Assembly (NCBI GenBank): GCA_038087875.1
Contig: CM075991.1
Span: 3,472,001-3,536,000, forward strand
From: Malacoraja senta
Lineage: Eukaryota
Direction: 5' to 3'
Length of the DNA: 64,000 bases
Each line of letters starts with the position of its first letter. The stretch's first letter is position 1. A model generated the notes under the pieces. It saw only the letters and a list, made by a program, of their open reading frames with translations, was not told the DNA's origin and searched no databases. Made by a program: the position numbers and the translations under genes. Positions 63,301 to 64,000 of this stretch are shown one piece after another.

Positions 63301-64000
63301 TCTGTTCTGTTAATGAAAACTGAAAAGTTCTCCCAGGAACATGCTGAATGTGCAAATCACAATTTGGATTGAACTCCATTCGAAATCCTTGAATAACACT
63401 CAGTTTCAACAGATCTGAGGTAATTTTCTTCCATTCATCCCGGAACAGATGTAATGTACCCCCAGATTTTAGTTGTGTCACATTTGATATGTTCACCTGA
63501 GAACCAGTCCCACCTACCTCCTTGGTACCTGGTGGATCCCGTTGTCCCCGACCCCTGGCGGGAAGCCCCACGTATGACCGTGTTCCCGCTGCAGAATGCC
63601 ACCTGCGCATCTGCATTGCCGGCCGACTTGTTCCTGGTCCAGACCAATCTGTCCCTCGTTTGCAGGGGTACTTTCTTTTTTGGAAACTTGCCGACCGCCA
63701 GTGGCTTGATCAAGCCCACCGTCTTTGCCTCGTCATCCATCTACTTGACACGCTTGGCGAGGTCCTCTCCGAAGAGTATGTTGGCCGGCTGTATGTTGCT
63801 GGGCTGGCAGAGTACTGCAAACTTGGGATTAATGGTGGGTTGAATGGAACTTTCCCTGAGACAATTTATCTAAAAATGGGCACTACAAAGCAACCCTAGT
63901 ACCTCTTGCTGCGTCTCCGACAGATGCCCGCCATCCACCGTTCTAGCGAACGCCGTGATTCCTGAGCCAAGTAGTTTCAGGATTCTCTGCAGCTTCATCT
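60368..64000 (-). mobile_element. DIRS1-type tyrosine-recombinase retrotransposon, decayed; continues beyond the window
   Basis: Minus-strand domain order: gag-like end (>63400); RT (HFKMETF, MATIELKDTYYSV, AYLDDILI); RNase H (DLQWW, GWGA, INYLE, QIDNTTAVAYI, NIVADARS); methyltransferase-like (FASRFNHQLPKYVSW...DAFSLHW); YR N-terminus (STQKRYITYVKKW...LSYSTINTALSALS); YR C-terminus (HSTSAAAMS...AGWS). Terminal inverted repeat 60368-60445/60590-60667. Many frameshifts. Confidence 0.92.
60792..61841 (-). pseudogene. Tyrosine recombinase of the DIRS element (disrupted)
   Basis: Integrase SAM-like N-domain in ORF 61395-61841 and catalytic C-domain in ORF 60792-61085. HSTR is degraded to HSTS; the catalytic-Tyr segment FYHRP is out of frame by one T in a T run. 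Confidence 0.85.

Overview
Repeat-dense vertebrate genomic DNA, very probably from a cartilaginous fish (skate/ray/shark). The basis is abundant HE1-like tRNA-derived V-SINEs whose tails match CR1 LINE 3' ends, plus Rex1/Babar, Tx1, RTE and Neptune-type Penelope remnants. There are two 200-N scaffold gaps (15980-16179, 50563-50762). The only host gene I can support is ZMAT4 (matrin-type zinc-finger protein 4). Its first conserved coding exon is on the + strand (48870-48974), with a candidate promoter/first exon at about 26.3-26.8 kb. A later ZMAT4 exon, absent from the ORF track, lies on the - strand (57801-58013) across the second gap, which points to a mis-oriented contig, a real inversion or an inverted duplicate. 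The right end holds a decayed DIRS1-type tyrosine-recombinase retrotransposon with an intact terminal/ICR inverted-repeat structure. The most widespread structured signal is a Penelope pseudo-LTR carrying a minimal hammerhead-ribozyme motif; it often occurs as TSD-flanked fold-back palindromes centred on that motif. hAT MITEs with 8-bp TSDs, a putative Harbinger-like MITE group and a Helitron-like minisatellite carrier are also present. Almost all ORF-track entries are repeat-derived or spurious. I found no system that I can show is new; all family calls rest on recalled motifs, not database searches.
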